Notes under the pieces: model-generated
Databases searched by the model: none
Told to the model about the DNA's origin: nothing
The model's input: only the letters and a program-made list of their open reading frames with translations
NCBI GenBank assembly: GCA_963751345.1
Contig: CAVVUS010000049.1
Location: forward strand, 1 to 64,000
From: an uncultured Chloroflexia bacterium
GTDB lineage: Bacteria; Chloroflexota; Anaerolineae; B4-G1; SLSP01
DNA: 64,000 nucleotides
Reading direction: 5' to 3'
Program-made: the position numbers and the translations under genes
Shown: in pieces, positions 1 through 10,094 of the stretch
Layout of the letters: every line of letters begins with the position of its first letter
Position numbering within the stretch: the first letter of the stretch is position 1

Positions 1-2
1 GC

Positions 3-410
3 GACTGCATCCTCGGACGACACGGCACCGACGACCTGCGTAACTGGGGGATCGCGTACCCGGAGACCGAGGATGAGCGCCGCCGGCGGGCCATCTCGTG
101 GAAATACCAGTACGATCTCGTTCGCGCGACCGCCAAGCCCGATCAGTGGATCGAGGTTCGTTTCGAGGACTTCGTCCTGAAGCAGGATGAAACGCTCGCG
201 CGGCTGGAGGACTTCCTCGGCTTCCGATTGTCCAGGATCGTGGTGCGACCCGAGTCGGTAGACCGCTGGCGTCAGGCCGAGGGCAACACGATGTACGACT
301 TCCTCGCGCCCGCGATGGCGCAATATGGGTATTCGACGGAGGTATTGGATGACAGCCTTCGCAAGGTGTCACGAGCGCAGCTCGTGACACCTTGCGAAAG
401 CCCAGAGTAG
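3..410 (+). CDS. Sulfotransferase-family protein, 3' part (5' truncated by window edge)
   Basis: Frame open from base 3: DCILGRHGTDDL...WIEVRFEDFVLKQDETLARLEDFLG resembles the sulfotransferase C-terminal VRYEDLVxxP...L..FLG motif; joins ORF 228..410. Confidence 0.6.
   Translation, partial: DCILGRHGTDDLRNWGIAYPETEDERRRRAISWKYQYDLVRATAKPDQWIEVRFEDFVLKQDETLARLEDFLGFRLSRIVVRPESVDRWRQAEGNTMYDFLAPAMAQYGYSTEVLDDSLRKVSRAQLVTPCESPE
358..398. repeat. REP-like hairpin (CCTTCGCAAGG family) inside the CDS 3' end
   Basis: Perfect 19-bp stem TTCGCAAGGTGTCACGAGC-gca-GCTCGTGACACCTTGCGAA. Confidence 0.8.
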
Positions 411-429
411 TTCAACCGGAGGCTACACA

Positions 430-1419
430 ATGCTACGAACCTGCGTTATCGGTCTGGGGCCGATCGGCAATCTGCACGCGACGCTGCACAAAGAAGATCC
501 GCTCGCCGAGTTGGTGGGTGTCTGCGACATCATCAAGGAGCGCGCGGATGCGACCGCGGCGCGCCTCGGCGTGCCCGCTTTCTACGATGCGCAAGAGATG
601 CTCGACGCGCTCTCGCCCGATGTCTGCAGCATCGCGACCGCCGGCTTCGAGAACGGCAGCGATCACTATGAGGTGACGCTGCAGGTGTTGGAGGCCGGCT
701 GCCACGTACTGGGTGAGAAGCCGATCTGCAACGAGATCCCGCAGGCCGAGGAGATGGTCGCCAAGGCCAAGGAGAAGGGGCTCTGCTACGGGATCGACCT
801 GAACCACCGCTTCACCCAGGCGGCGCTGATCGCCAAGCAGTGGCAGGACGAGGGCCGGCTGGGGCACCTGCTCTTCATCAATATGGCGATGTGGATCATG
901 AACCCCAACGAGAGCTCGCCCAATTACATGATCAAGTCACTCCACCCGCACACCGTCGACGTGATGCGTCACTTCTGCGGCGACGTCGAGTCCGTGCAGT
1001 GCTTTGCCACGAAGGCGCCGGGCCGCAAGATCTGGTCGACGGCGTCGTTCAACATGCAGTTCAAGAACGGCGCGGTGGGCACCCTGAGCGGCTCCTATGA
1101 CATCGAGCGCGGCCATCCGATGGAGCGCTGCGAGGTCGCGGGGACCAAGGGCCGCTTTGTGCTGGAGGACATGTGGCGCCAGGTCACGCTCTTTCCGGCG
1201 GGCGACTTCGTCAAGCTGCAGTTCACGAATCCCGTCTTCGGCGGGCACCGCGACTTCGACGACACCTTCCGCAACCGCATTCATAGGTTCCTGGAACAGG
1301 TGACAGAGGGCGCGGCGCCGGACGAGATCGACGCCTCCGGCGCCGACGGGCTCGCGGCGCAGAAGGTGCTGCAGGCCGCGATCGACTCGCTCGACAGCGG
1401 GGCGGTGGTACATCTGTAG
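430..1419 (+). CDS. Gfo/Idh/MocA family oxidoreductase
   Basis: N-terminal VIGLGPIG Rossmann motif, HVLGEKP motif, GGAGG RBS upstream. Confidence 0.9.
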   Translation: MLRTCVIGLGPIGNLHATLHKEDPLAELVGVCDIIKERADATAARLGVPAFYDAQEMLDALSPDVCSIATAGFENGSDHYEVTLQVLEAGCHVLGEKPICNEIPQAEEMVAKAKEKGLCYGIDLNHRFTQAALIAKQWQDEGRLGHLLFINMAMWIMNPNESSPNYMIKSLHPHTVDVMRHFCGDVESVQCFATKAPGRKIWSTASFNMQFKNGAVGTLSGSYDIERGHPMERCEVAGTKGRFVLEDMWRQVTLFPAGDFVKLQFTNPVFGGHRDFDDTFRNRIHRFLEQVTEGAAPDEIDASGADGLAAQKVLQAAIDSLDSGAVVHL

Positions 1420-1431
1420 TGCTCGACCCGA

Positions 1432-1487
1432 AGACCTTTGGGGTTTCCTTCATTACAGAAACGTGCTGGACGGGAAACCGAAGGTCT
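1432..1487. repeat. REP-like inverted pair (AGACCTTTGGGGTTTCC family)
   Basis: AGACCTTTGGGGTTTCC...GGAAACCGAAGGTCT; same arms at 10004 and 20925. Confidence 0.75.
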
Positions 1488-1503
1488 ACCTTGAACGCGA
1501 TTG

Positions 1504-1598
1504 AACCTTGCGAAGGTTACGCTGTGCCTTCACAACAGGGCACCTCCGTACCCAAAGAAGCCCTGTTTACAGGGCACGACGCTAACCTTCGCAAGGTT
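1504..1598. repeat. REP-like inverted pair (AACCTTGCGAAGGTT family), followed by short heptamer-like repeats
   Basis: AACCTTGCGAAGGTT at 1504 and its reverse complement AACCTTCGCAAGGTT at 1584. Confidence 0.75.
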
Positions 1599-1656
1599 GA
1601 CCAACTGACAACCGACAACCGTTAACTGAGAGTCTGACTGTTAGTCTGGAGGTCCC

Positions 1657-2706
1657 ATGGCCGCAAAGATCGGCATCGGCGTCATTAGCTTCGCCCACGG
1701 GCACTCGCAGGCCTACTGCCGGCGTATGCTCGGCTACGACGATGTCTCCCTCGTCTCGTGCTGGGACGACAACGAGGCGCGTGGAAAGGCCGCGGCAGAA
1801 GCCTACGGGATGCGCTACACCCCCCATGTGGAGGACGTGCTCGACGATCCTGACATCCAGGGCGTGATCATCACCACGGAGACCAACCGGCACGCCGAGA
1901 TGGCCGTGGCCGCGGCGGCTGCCGGGAAGCACATTCTCTGTCAGAAGCCGATGGCTCTGACGCTGGAGGACTGCGACCTGATGGCGGATGCGGCGGAGAA
2001 GGCCGGCGTGAAGTTCGTCATGGCCTACCAGATGCGCCACGATCCGTCGAACCAGAAGATCAAGGAGCTCGTGGAGAGCGGCGTGCTGGGCCGGATCAGC
2101 CTGTTGCGCCGCCGCCACTGCATCCCCGTGCTCTTCAGCGACGACTTCGTCAACGGGCCGACCCACTGGCACATCGAGCCTGAGAAGAACATGGGCATGT
2201 TCATGGACGACGCCTCGCACGCCACCGACTTCATCCACTGGATCATGGGGCGCCCGGCGAGCGTGATGGCCGAGATCGAGAACACGGTCACGGACGTCGC
2301 GCCCGATGACACGGGCGTCGCGATCTACAGGTATGCGAGTGGCGCGATGGTGGTGCTGCTGAACTCGTCGGTGACGCTGGCAGGAGAGAACACCACCGAG
2401 GTCTATGGCGACCAGGGCGTCCTGATCCAGAACTACGATGACCTGGTCTCCACGCACCTGGCGCCGCCCGGCGCGGTCGCGCTCAAGCTCTACACGCGCG
2501 ATGCCCCGCAGTGGCAGGATCTGGGCATGCCGATCCCGCCTCACCACGGCGAGCGCATCGCGGGCGTCCCACGGTCGTTCATCGACTGTCTCAAGTACGA
2601 CCTCGACCCGCCGGTCACGGCCGAGGATGGCCGTGTCTCGGTGGAGATGGTATTGGGCGCCTATCGATCGGCGAAGGAAGGGCGGCGGATCGCATTTCCG
2701 CTGTAG
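1657..2706 (+). CDS. Gfo/Idh/MocA family oxidoreductase
   Basis: IGVISFAHGH start, GKHILCQKPMA motif, GGAGG RBS. Confidence 0.9.
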   Translation: MAAKIGIGVISFAHGHSQAYCRRMLGYDDVSLVSCWDDNEARGKAAAEAYGMRYTPHVEDVLDDPDIQGVIITTETNRHAEMAVAAAAAGKHILCQKPMALTLEDCDLMADAAEKAGVKFVMAYQMRHDPSNQKIKELVESGVLGRISLLRRRHCIPVLFSDDFVNGPTHWHIEPEKNMGMFMDDASHATDFIHWIMGRPASVMAEIENTVTDVAPDDTGVAIYRYASGAMVVLLNSSVTLAGENTTEVYGDQGVLIQNYDDLVSTHLAPPGAVALKLYTRDAPQWQDLGMPIPPHHGERIAGVPRSFIDCLKYDLDPPVTAEDGRVSVEMVLGAYRSAKEGRRIAFPL

Positions 2707-2734
2707 ATAACCACTCACGTAAAGGAGACCCCCA

Positions 2735-3538
2735 ATGAAGATTGGAGCCAACTCGGTTCTGTTCGGTGCGTTCGATATGGAGACGGCGTTCAAGTATACG
2801 GCGATGGCGGGCTATGACGGGATCGAACTGTCGGCCATCAACGGCATGAGCGAGCACTTGGTGCTCGACCGGTGGCAGGAGCTCGCTCCCGAGATCAAGC
2901 GGCTTTCGCAGGCTTATGGGCTGGAGCTCCTGGCGATGGAGCAGCCCTCGCAGGACCCGGGCGTGATGGAGACGGCTTTCCAGGCCGCGGCAGAGATCGG
3001 CATTCCCGTAATCAACTGCGGCCCCGGCGGCAAGTCAGGCGACGAGGAGAGCTTCCAGCAGTCGGTCGACTCGTTGGGCAACCTATCTGTGCTGGCTGAG
3101 AAGTACGGTGTGACGCTCTGCGTCAAGGCCCACGTGGGAGCGGCGATCTACAACACGCCGACGACGCTACGGCTGATGGAAGCGATCGCATCGCCCGCTT
3201 TCGGCATCGACATGGATCCCTCGCACATCTGGCGCGCGGGGGAGGATCCCGTCGAGGCCATTGCTGCGGTGATCTCGCGGGTCAAGCACGTGCACATCCG
3301 AGACTGCAAGGGGCGGCAGCATGGTCCCGGCGAGCCCAACATGCAGGCCAACGGTCGCGGCGATATCGACCTGGTGGGCTACATCCGTGTGCTCTACGAG
3401 CGCGGCTACACCGGCCCCGTCGACCTGGAGGTGATCGGCACGAAGGCTAAGAGCTACACGCTGGAGCAGTGCTGCGTCATTGCCGCGGAGACCCGCGGCC
3501 ACATCCAGGCTAGTCTGCAGGCGTGCGGCGCGCGGTAA
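2735..3538 (+). CDS. Sugar phosphate isomerase/epimerase (xylose-isomerase-like TIM barrel)
   Basis: AGYDGIEL, DMDPSH, HVHIRD and DLE motifs; AAGGAG RBS. Confidence 0.85.
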   Translation: MKIGANSVLFGAFDMETAFKYTAMAGYDGIELSAINGMSEHLVLDRWQELAPEIKRLSQAYGLELLAMEQPSQDPGVMETAFQAAAEIGIPVINCGPGGKSGDEESFQQSVDSLGNLSVLAEKYGVTLCVKAHVGAAIYNTPTTLRLMEAIASPAFGIDMDPSHIWRAGEDPVEAIAAVISRVKHVHIRDCKGRQHGPGEPNMQANGRGDIDLVGYIRVLYERGYTGPVDLEVIGTKAKSYTLEQCCVIAAETRGHIQASLQACGAR

Positions 3539-3554
3539 GGAGTCTAGAATCTCA

Positions 3555-3685
3555 GAGCAATCAAAGTCGTTACCGCCAACCTGACTGCGCGACGTGAGGG
3601 TTCGCTGTAACCGATTTATCGGTTCTAGGAGCGCTGCCTGTCCCATAGCAGCCGGAATCGTTGCCACGACCCGGTTTCGCTGGGC
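3555..3685. repeat. Degenerate REP-like elements related to the 61529 element
   Basis: GTAACCGATTTATCGGTT hairpin and AGTCGTTAC/ATCGTTGCCAC motifs resemble GTAGTAACGACTTCAGTCGTT / AACCGATGAATCGGTTAC. Confidence 0.5.
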
Positions 3686-3728
3686 GATTGTGGCCTGATG
3701 GGCATGTATCCGAGTGCGAGGTGATGAC

Positions 3729-4836
3729 ATGATGGCTTTCGATGGTCTCGGGCTGCACCTGGGGAACCTCTCCCGTCTCTCACATGCGAAGACCCGGTCG
3801 ATCTCGGCCGAGAATCCCACGGGCGAGCGCGCGAAGGGCGGGATGGCGCCGGCCGACCCCAACGGGCCGGCGCGTGAGTTGGGCCAGGGCTGGAAGTGCG
3901 CTCCCTACGTGCCGGTCCCGCCCGGCACGACCCGGGTCCTCGCCGACATCGACGGTCCCGGTGCGATCCAATCGATGTGGTTTGGCGGGACCATCATCAA
4001 CAGGGAGTCCATCCTGCGGTTCTACTGGGACGGTCAGGATCGCCCCTCGATCGAGTGCCCGGTCCCTGACTTCTTCGCCTCGCCCTGGGCCTTTCAGGAC
4101 CGTCGGGCGCCCACGCGCGGCCCTTTCGCGCCGGTGAACTCGCTGCCGGTCGCGGTCAACCCGGTGCGGGGCATGAACTGCTTCTGGGAGATGCCCTTTC
4201 GCACGCACTGCCGCGTCACGCTCGAGAACCTGCATCCGACGGAGAGCGCGGCGTGCTTCTACCAGATCAACTATACGCTCACCGAGGTGCCCGACGATGC
4301 AGCCTACTTCCATGCTCAGTTTCGCCGCACAAACCCACTTCCCTACGGCGAGGTCTATCACGATCCTCGATGGCGTGAAGGGGCAGGGCCACTACGTCGG
4401 CACATCGATGGGATGGGCGGTCCACAACGACCGCTGGTGGGGCGAGGGCGAGGTCAAGTTCTACATCGATGGGGACGGTGCCTTCCCCACGATCTGCGGA
4501 ACCGGCACCGAGGACTACTTCGGCGGTTCCTACGACTGGGAGCTGGACGGCCAATACGTCACCTACACGACGCCCTTCATGGGGATGCACCAGGTCCTGC
4601 GGCCTGACGGCACCTATCGCGCCCAACACCGGCACGCGATGTATCGTTGGCACGTGATGGACCCGGTGCGCTTCGAGCAGGATCTCCGTGTGACGATCCA
4701 GGCGTTGGGCTGGCGGAGCGAGGGGCGATATCTGCCGGGCCGGCACGACATCTGCTCGGTGGCCTACTGGTACCAGACGCTGCCCGCCGCGCCGTTTCCC
4801 CTGCTCCCCGATCGCAACGGGCTCGAGATCGTCTGA
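3729..4836 (+). CDS. DUF2961 / GH172-family glycoside hydrolase (one frameshift near 4355)
   Basis: TRSISAENPTGE, DIDGPGAI, NCFWEMPF in ORF 3714..4607; WWGEGEVKFYIDGD, GTGTEDYF, YRWHVMDPVRF, SVAYWYQ in ORF 4297..4836. Confidence 0.85.
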
Positions 4837-4918
4837 TCGGCACCATCCCTTTGAGTCGCGCTGCATCTCGCCAAGAGGGATCGTGGGCAGAGGGGTATGG
4901 GAAAGGGAGGTGTCACAG

Positions 4919-5701
4919 ATGAGGCCTGGGTTCATGAGTTCGGTCTGCCCGAAGCAGACTCTTTCCGAACTGATCGGCACAGCACAGCGTTATGGCTACG
5001 AGGGCATCGAGTTTCGCACCGAGTGGGGCCACGCTCATAGCGTCGAGCTCGATACGACGCCGGCTCAGCGCGCCGCCACCTTCCGGATGCTGGCCGACGC
5101 GGGGATCGCGGCGAGCTGCATTGCGACCAGCGTCCGCTTCAACAGCCCCGATCCCGCCGACCACGTGCTGCAGCGTGAGACACTGCGGCGGTACGTCGAG
5201 CTGGCGGCGGATGTCGGCGCGCCCTACATCCGCACCTTCGGCGACAGCCTACCCGAGGGCGACCCCGGGTTGCGGAATCGCGTGCTTGGCCTCGCAGCAG
5301 CGTCCTACGCAAGTGTGGACGCCTGGGCCGGAGAGCACGGCGTCGTCGTGCTGGTCGAGACCCACACGAACATGCTGGGCCAGTGGGCTCGGCAGATCCT
5401 CGACGAGGCCGGAGCGGCCAACCTCGGCGTGCTCTGGCACATCGGCCACCACCTCCAGCGTGGGCAGGGCGTCGACGAGGCCTACGGCCATCTCCGCGGC
5501 TACGTCCGCCACGTGCACTTCGCAGCTCTCGAAGATCCCTACGTGACCGACGCCGACAACCAACGCTCCTTCGACCTGCTGGCGGCGGATGGCTTCGAGG
5601 GTTTCTTTTCGGTCGAGATCATCGATCCGGAGGACCCTGAGGCCGTCCTCGCGCACCACATCACCAAGTTCCACGAGTTCATGGAGGCTTTGGATGACTG
5701 A
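4919..5701 (+). CDS. Sugar phosphate isomerase/epimerase
   Basis: YGYEGIEFR, LVETH, HVHF, FSVE motifs; GGAGG RBS before ATG 4919. Confidence 0.8.
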   Translation: MRPGFMSSVCPKQTLSELIGTAQRYGYEGIEFRTEWGHAHSVELDTTPAQRAATFRMLADAGIAASCIATSVRFNSPDPADHVLQRETLRRYVELAADVGAPYIRTFGDSLPEGDPGLRNRVLGLAAASYASVDAWAGEHGVVVLVETHTNMLGQWARQILDEAGAANLGVLWHIGHHLQRGQGVDEAYGHLRGYVRHVHFAALEDPYVTDADNQRSFDLLAADGFEGFFSVEIIDPEDPEAVLAHHITKFHEFMEALDD

Positions 5702-6767
5702 GAAACTGCGCTTCGGCCTGATCGGCCTGGGTGAGATCGCGTACAGGGACACGGGCCACGTGCTGGCACGCTGTGCCAACGCCGAGGCCGTCGCCGGTGT
5801 GGACCCCGTCCCGGAGATCGCCGCATCCTACCAGGCCGAGTTCGAGATCCCGTGCTCCACCTCGCTCGACGACCTGCTTGAGAATCCGGACGTCGACGCC
5901 GTGATTGTCTCCACACCTCACTACCTGCACGTGCCGCTGGGCATCCGGGCGGCGGAGGCGGGCAAGCACGTGGTGGTGGAGAAGCCGATGGCGACGACGC
6001 TGGAGGACGCGGATGCCCTGATCGCCGCCTGCAAGCGGGCCGGCGTGCTCTGTTCGTCGAAGGAGGGTGGGGTGCGCTACCAGCCGGCGACGGAAAAGGC
6101 CAAGGCGCTGATCGACGCGGGCGCCATCGGCGACGTCATGGCGACCCAGGTCTACGGCGCGGCCGACAAGCCGGCAAGCTACTGGACCGGCGGCTACAGC
6201 GGGCGCGTGCAGACGACGTGGCGCAAATCGAAGGCCGAGGCCGGCGGCGGCATCCTGATCATGAACTACATCTACGACATCTACCGCCTGCGCTACCTCA
6301 CGGGACTGGAGGTGACGCGCGTCTTCTCCGAGTACGACACTTACCGTACGCCCGTCGAGGTCGAGGACTTCATCGTCGTCACCCTCCGCTACGCGAACGG
6401 GGCGCTCGGTACCTTTATGGCGGGCTCCTGCGCGCCGGGCGCGTCCAAGAGCGGCGTGCGCGGGACGCGAGCCGTGGGCAACCGCATCTTCGGCACGGCA
6501 GGGCAGATTGTCTTCGTGGACGAGGGGCTGCTGGTCTACACCGACCGAGACATCGCTGGGTTGCCTAAGGGCGAATGGACGCAGATGGTGTTTGACGAGG
6601 AGTTCAACGAGCAGGCCTACGTCACCTATTTCGACCGTTTCGCGGAGGCTGTCTTCGAAGGCCGCGAGCCCGACATCCCCGGCGAGGAAGGGCGCAAGGA
6701 CCTGGAAGTCTTCCTGGCGGCCTATGAGTCGGGCGCGACCGGGATGCCGGTGACGCTGGCGCGGTGA
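5694..6767 (+). CDS. Gfo/Idh/MocA family oxidoreductase
   Basis: MTEKLRFGLIGLGEIA, GKHVVVEKPMA, GGGILI; start overlaps the upstream gene end. Confidence 0.9.
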   Translation: MTEKLRFGLIGLGEIAYRDTGHVLARCANAEAVAGVDPVPEIAASYQAEFEIPCSTSLDDLLENPDVDAVIVSTPHYLHVPLGIRAAEAGKHVVVEKPMATTLEDADALIAACKRAGVLCSSKEGGVRYQPATEKAKALIDAGAIGDVMATQVYGAADKPASYWTGGYSGRVQTTWRKSKAEAGGGILIMNYIYDIYRLRYLTGLEVTRVFSEYDTYRTPVEVEDFIVVTLRYANGALGTFMAGSCAPGASKSGVRGTRAVGNRIFGTAGQIVFVDEGLLVYTDRDIAGLPKGEWTQMVFDEEFNEQAYVTYFDRFAEAVFEGREPDIPGEEGRKDLEVFLAAYESGATGMPVTLAR

Positions 6768-6838
6768 CCGCAGTCTGGGTCAGCGTCTGCGGGGATCGCT
6801 CGACGGCATCAGGCCAAGGGCCGGGCGATACCTGCAAG

Positions 6839-6946
6839 AGTGGACCGCGGGCGTCTCGCCCGCGTGCTCAGCGCTAATGAGACGTGACGCGACAGTCTGC
6901 GCACAGTTTCATCATGCCAGAGCGGGCGAGACGCCCGCGGTCCACT
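6839..6946. mobile_element. MITE/REP-doublet-like element, ~108 bp
   Basis: Perfect 25-bp terminal inverted repeats AGTGGACCGCGGGCGTCTCGCCCGC; related copy at 21849-21963. Confidence 0.75.
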
Positions 6947-7003
6947 TCTGCTGGTAGGCTGCTACATCCTTGACGGACCACACGTGACATAAGGAGGACA
7001 TCG

Positions 7004-8446
7004 ATGGAACGAACGCGACGCCGCAAACCCAAGATCGGCTACTTCGGCAGTGGCCTCGCCGCCTACTGGCCGCAGTTCCCGGCCCTCAAGCCGGCGGTCC
7101 TCAACACGATGGCGCGCCACGTGGCGAAGCTGGAGGCGATGGGCTGTGAGGTCGTGCAGGGTGGGCTGGTCGATCGCGCGGAGCGCAGTGGCCCGGTCGG
7201 CGATCTCTTCGCGCGGGAGCAGGTTGATCTCATCATCGGCGAGATCATGACCTATACAGCGTCGCATGTCCTGGTGCCGGTGGCCCAGCGCAACATCGCG
7301 CCCTACCTGACGCTGGCGCTGCAGATGGTGCCGACGGTCTCATACGATGAGATCGGCACTGAGGACATGACGATGATCGGTGCGGCGATGACCGCGCCCG
7401 AGGTCTCGTGCGCCTTTCAGCGGTGCGGTCTGCCTTTCCACTGCGTAGTGGGTGGTGACTTCGAGGTGCGCGTCTGGACGCAGGTGCAGGAATGGATCGA
7501 GGCCGCGGCGACCGTGCGCGCGCTTCGCGACAGCCGGTTGGGCTACCTGGGCCACTATTACCCCGGCATGCTCGACATGTACAGCGACTTCACGATGCAC
7601 CAGGGGCAGCTCGGCACCCACGTGGAGATCCTGGAGATGTGCGACTTGGCCGACCGGGTGCACAAGGTGACCGAGGCCGAGATCGACGCCAAGGTCGCCG
7701 AGGCCAAGGCGATGTTTCATATGCCGCCTCCTGGCTATGACCGGGTCACCGAGCAGGTGAACGAGGACGAGCTGCGGTGGGCCGCGCAGGTCGCCGTCGC
7801 GGAGGATAAGCTCGTTGGCGACTTCGCCCTCGACGGCCTTGCCTACTACTACCGCGGGTGGAACGACAACGAGTACGAGCGCATCGGGGCGGCCATGATC
7901 CTGGGGAACTCGATGCTGACAGGGCGCGGCATCCCCTGCGCCGGCGAGGCCGATCTCAAGACCTGCGTCGCGATGTTCATCCAGGAGCACTTCAACGCCG
8001 GCGGGTCGTTCTGCGAGCTCTATCTGCTCGACTTCGAGGGTGGGTTCGTGGTCGCAGGCCACGACGGCCCGGGTCACATCGGCATCGGCGACAAGCAGCC
8101 GATCCTGCGCGGGATGAAGCTCTTCCACGGAAAAGCCGGACGCGGTGTCTCCGTTGAGTTCAATGTAAAGAACGGGCCGGTAACGATGCTGGGCGTGACC
8201 CAGACCGGCGAGGGACGCCTGAAGCTCGTAGCCGCCGAGGGTGAGTCGGTGCCCGGCCCGATTCTCCAAATCGGCAACACCAACACCCGCGTCAAGTTCG
8301 GTGACATGACGCCGGGCGAGTTTGGCCAGGCGTGGACTGAGTCGGGCTCTACACATCACTTTGCGCTGGGTGTGGGCCACCAATTGGGCAAAATCCGGAA
8401 GCTGGCGAAGCTCCTCGACCTGGAACTCGTCGTTGTCGCGAAGTAG
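7004..8446 (+). CDS. L-arabinose/L-fucose isomerase family protein
   Basis: GIPCAGEADLKT, GHDGPGH, GNTNTRVKF, THHFALGVGH; AAGGAGG RBS. Confidence 0.8.
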   Translation: MERTRRRKPKIGYFGSGLAAYWPQFPALKPAVLNTMARHVAKLEAMGCEVVQGGLVDRAERSGPVGDLFAREQVDLIIGEIMTYTASHVLVPVAQRNIAPYLTLALQMVPTVSYDEIGTEDMTMIGAAMTAPEVSCAFQRCGLPFHCVVGGDFEVRVWTQVQEWIEAAATVRALRDSRLGYLGHYYPGMLDMYSDFTMHQGQLGTHVEILEMCDLADRVHKVTEAEIDAKVAEAKAMFHMPPPGYDRVTEQVNEDELRWAAQVAVAEDKLVGDFALDGLAYYYRGWNDNEYERIGAAMILGNSMLTGRGIPCAGEADLKTCVAMFIQEHFNAGGSFCELYLLDFEGGFVVAGHDGPGHIGIGDKQPILRGMKLFHGKAGRGVSVEFNVKNGPVTMLGVTQTGEGRLKLVAAEGESVPGPILQIGNTNTRVKFGDMTPGEFGQAWTESGSTHHFALGVGHQLGKIRKLAKLLDLELVVVAK

Positions 8447-8578
8447 CGTCTGCCTTCCTCCCCCGGTGAGTCTGCGAGCGCCCATGGGAGGGTTGGGGAG
8501 GGGGACGCTCGCGAATGCACGCGGCGCTAGACTGGACCAGTCTTCTGGGATTGGTCCAGTCTCCACCCCGGAGGATCT

Positions 8579-9992
8579 ATGTCAACCAAACCCAACGTAG
8601 TGTTTGTCTTTGCCGACCAGATGCGCGCTCAGGCGACGGGGTATGCAGGAGATCCCAACGCGCACACGCCCGCGTTGGACCGTCTTGCTGCACAGAGCGT
8701 CAATGTGACGCACGCCGTGTCGGGCCATCCCGTGTGCTGCCCCTATCGGGCCAGCCTGTTGACGGGGCAGTATCCCCTGGCGCACGGGGTCTACGTCAAC
8801 GACGTGCCGCTGGCGGACGATGTCACGTCGGTGGCCGAGTGCTATCGCCGCCGGCGGATACGACACGGCCTACATCGGCAAGTGGCACGTCTACGGTAGT
8901 CCCGACGGCGCCTACAACCGGCGACGCGCCTACATCCCGCCCGAGAGCCGCCAGGGCTTCGATTACTGGAAGGCGTTCGAGTGCAACCACGACTACATGG
9001 CATCGCCTTACTATGAGGATGACGATCCCGAGCCGAAGCTCTGGGAGGGGTACGACGCGATCGCGCAGACGCGGGATGCCTGCGGCTACATCGGCGGACC
9101 ATGCGACATCCGAGAAGCCGTTCTTCCTGATGCTCTCCTGGGCGCCGCCCCACGACCCCTATGACCTGGTGCCCGAGACGCTACAAGGCACGTCTTCCGC
9201 GACCGCAAGATCGAGCTGCGGCCGAACGTGGCCGCGTCCGACCGTGCAGAGGCAGCAGAGACGCTGCGGGGCTACTACGCTCACATCGCCGCGCTCGACG
9301 ACTGCGTGCAGATGCTGTTGGACGCTCTCGACACGAGCGGTATCGCCGAGGATACGCTCTTCGTCTTCACCTCTGATCACGGCGACATGCACTTGAGCCA
9401 CGGGCTGCGCACCAAGCACGTGCCTTGGGACGAGTCGATCCGTGTGCCCTTTCTGCTGCGTTATCCGCGGGCGTTGGGCGACGCAGGTCGCGAGGTTCCC
9501 TGTCTCCTCGACGCGCCGGACGTCATGCCAACGCTGCTGGGGCTGTGCGGCCTGCCGGTGCCGCACGACGGTCGAGGGGCGCGACTTCTCGCCGCAGTTT
9601 CTGGGTACCAGCTTCCAGTACTGAAACCGCGAAGGTCCTCACGCTTCTTCCTCTCGGTGCCGGCGAGCTACGGGATGTTGCGCACGCAGGGGCTGCCGGC
9701 CTATCGCGGTGTACGCACGCTGCGCTATACTTACGTCCGCAGCACCCGCGGTCCCTGGCTGCTCTACGACAATGAGACCGATCCTTACCAGGTTCACAAT
9801 CTCTGTGGCGATCGTGCCTAGGCGGCGATCCAGGAACAGCTTGGAGGCCGAGCTGCAGCCTGGCTCGATCGCCTGGGCGACGAATTCCTGCCGGGCCAGG
9901 CCTACCTCGAACGCGATGGTTTGACGCACTACCTTGAGGCTTCCGGCGAGTGGGGCCGCATCCGGACGCCCTGGTCGGTTCCGGCACCGTAG
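8579..9992 (+). CDS. Sulfatase (several frameshifts; in-frame TAG at 9819)
   Basis: KPNVVFVFADQMR, CCPYRASLLTG (CxPxR), YIGKWH, PPHDPY, FTSDHGD, LYDNETDPYQ across ORFs 8579, 8820, 8515 and 9228. Confidence 0.85.
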
Positions 9993-10003
9993 GAGATCCC
10001 GGA

Positions 10004-10063
10004 AGACCTTTGGGGTTTCCTTGCAGAGCAGATGTCTGCGGGACAGGGAGACCCCGAAGGTCT
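10004..10063. repeat. REP-like inverted pair (AGACCTTTGGGGTTTCC family) with an internal hairpin
   Basis: AGACCTTTGGGGTTTCC...GGAGACCCCGAAGGTCT. Confidence 0.75.
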
Positions 10064-10094
10064 CACCCGTCCCGCTATCACGAAAGGAGTCCAG

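Noticed and set aside
1582-2793. Long antisense ORFs (also 7340-8566, 14242-15333, 20210-21634, 26793-28160, 37470-38846, 48169-49623)
   Set aside because: Shadow frames of high-GC genes on the other strand; no family motifs
8452-8505. CCTTCCTCCCCC...GGGAGGGTTGGGGAGGGG element (similar G-rich tract at ~4875-4910)
   Set aside because: Possibly another REP family or G-quadruplex, but too degenerate to define from two copies
9819-9821. Stop-codon recoding (TAG in sulfatase, TAA in LacI, TAG at ~21845)
   Set aside because: Different stop codons; TAG and TAA end normal genes here; error or mutation from TAC is simpler
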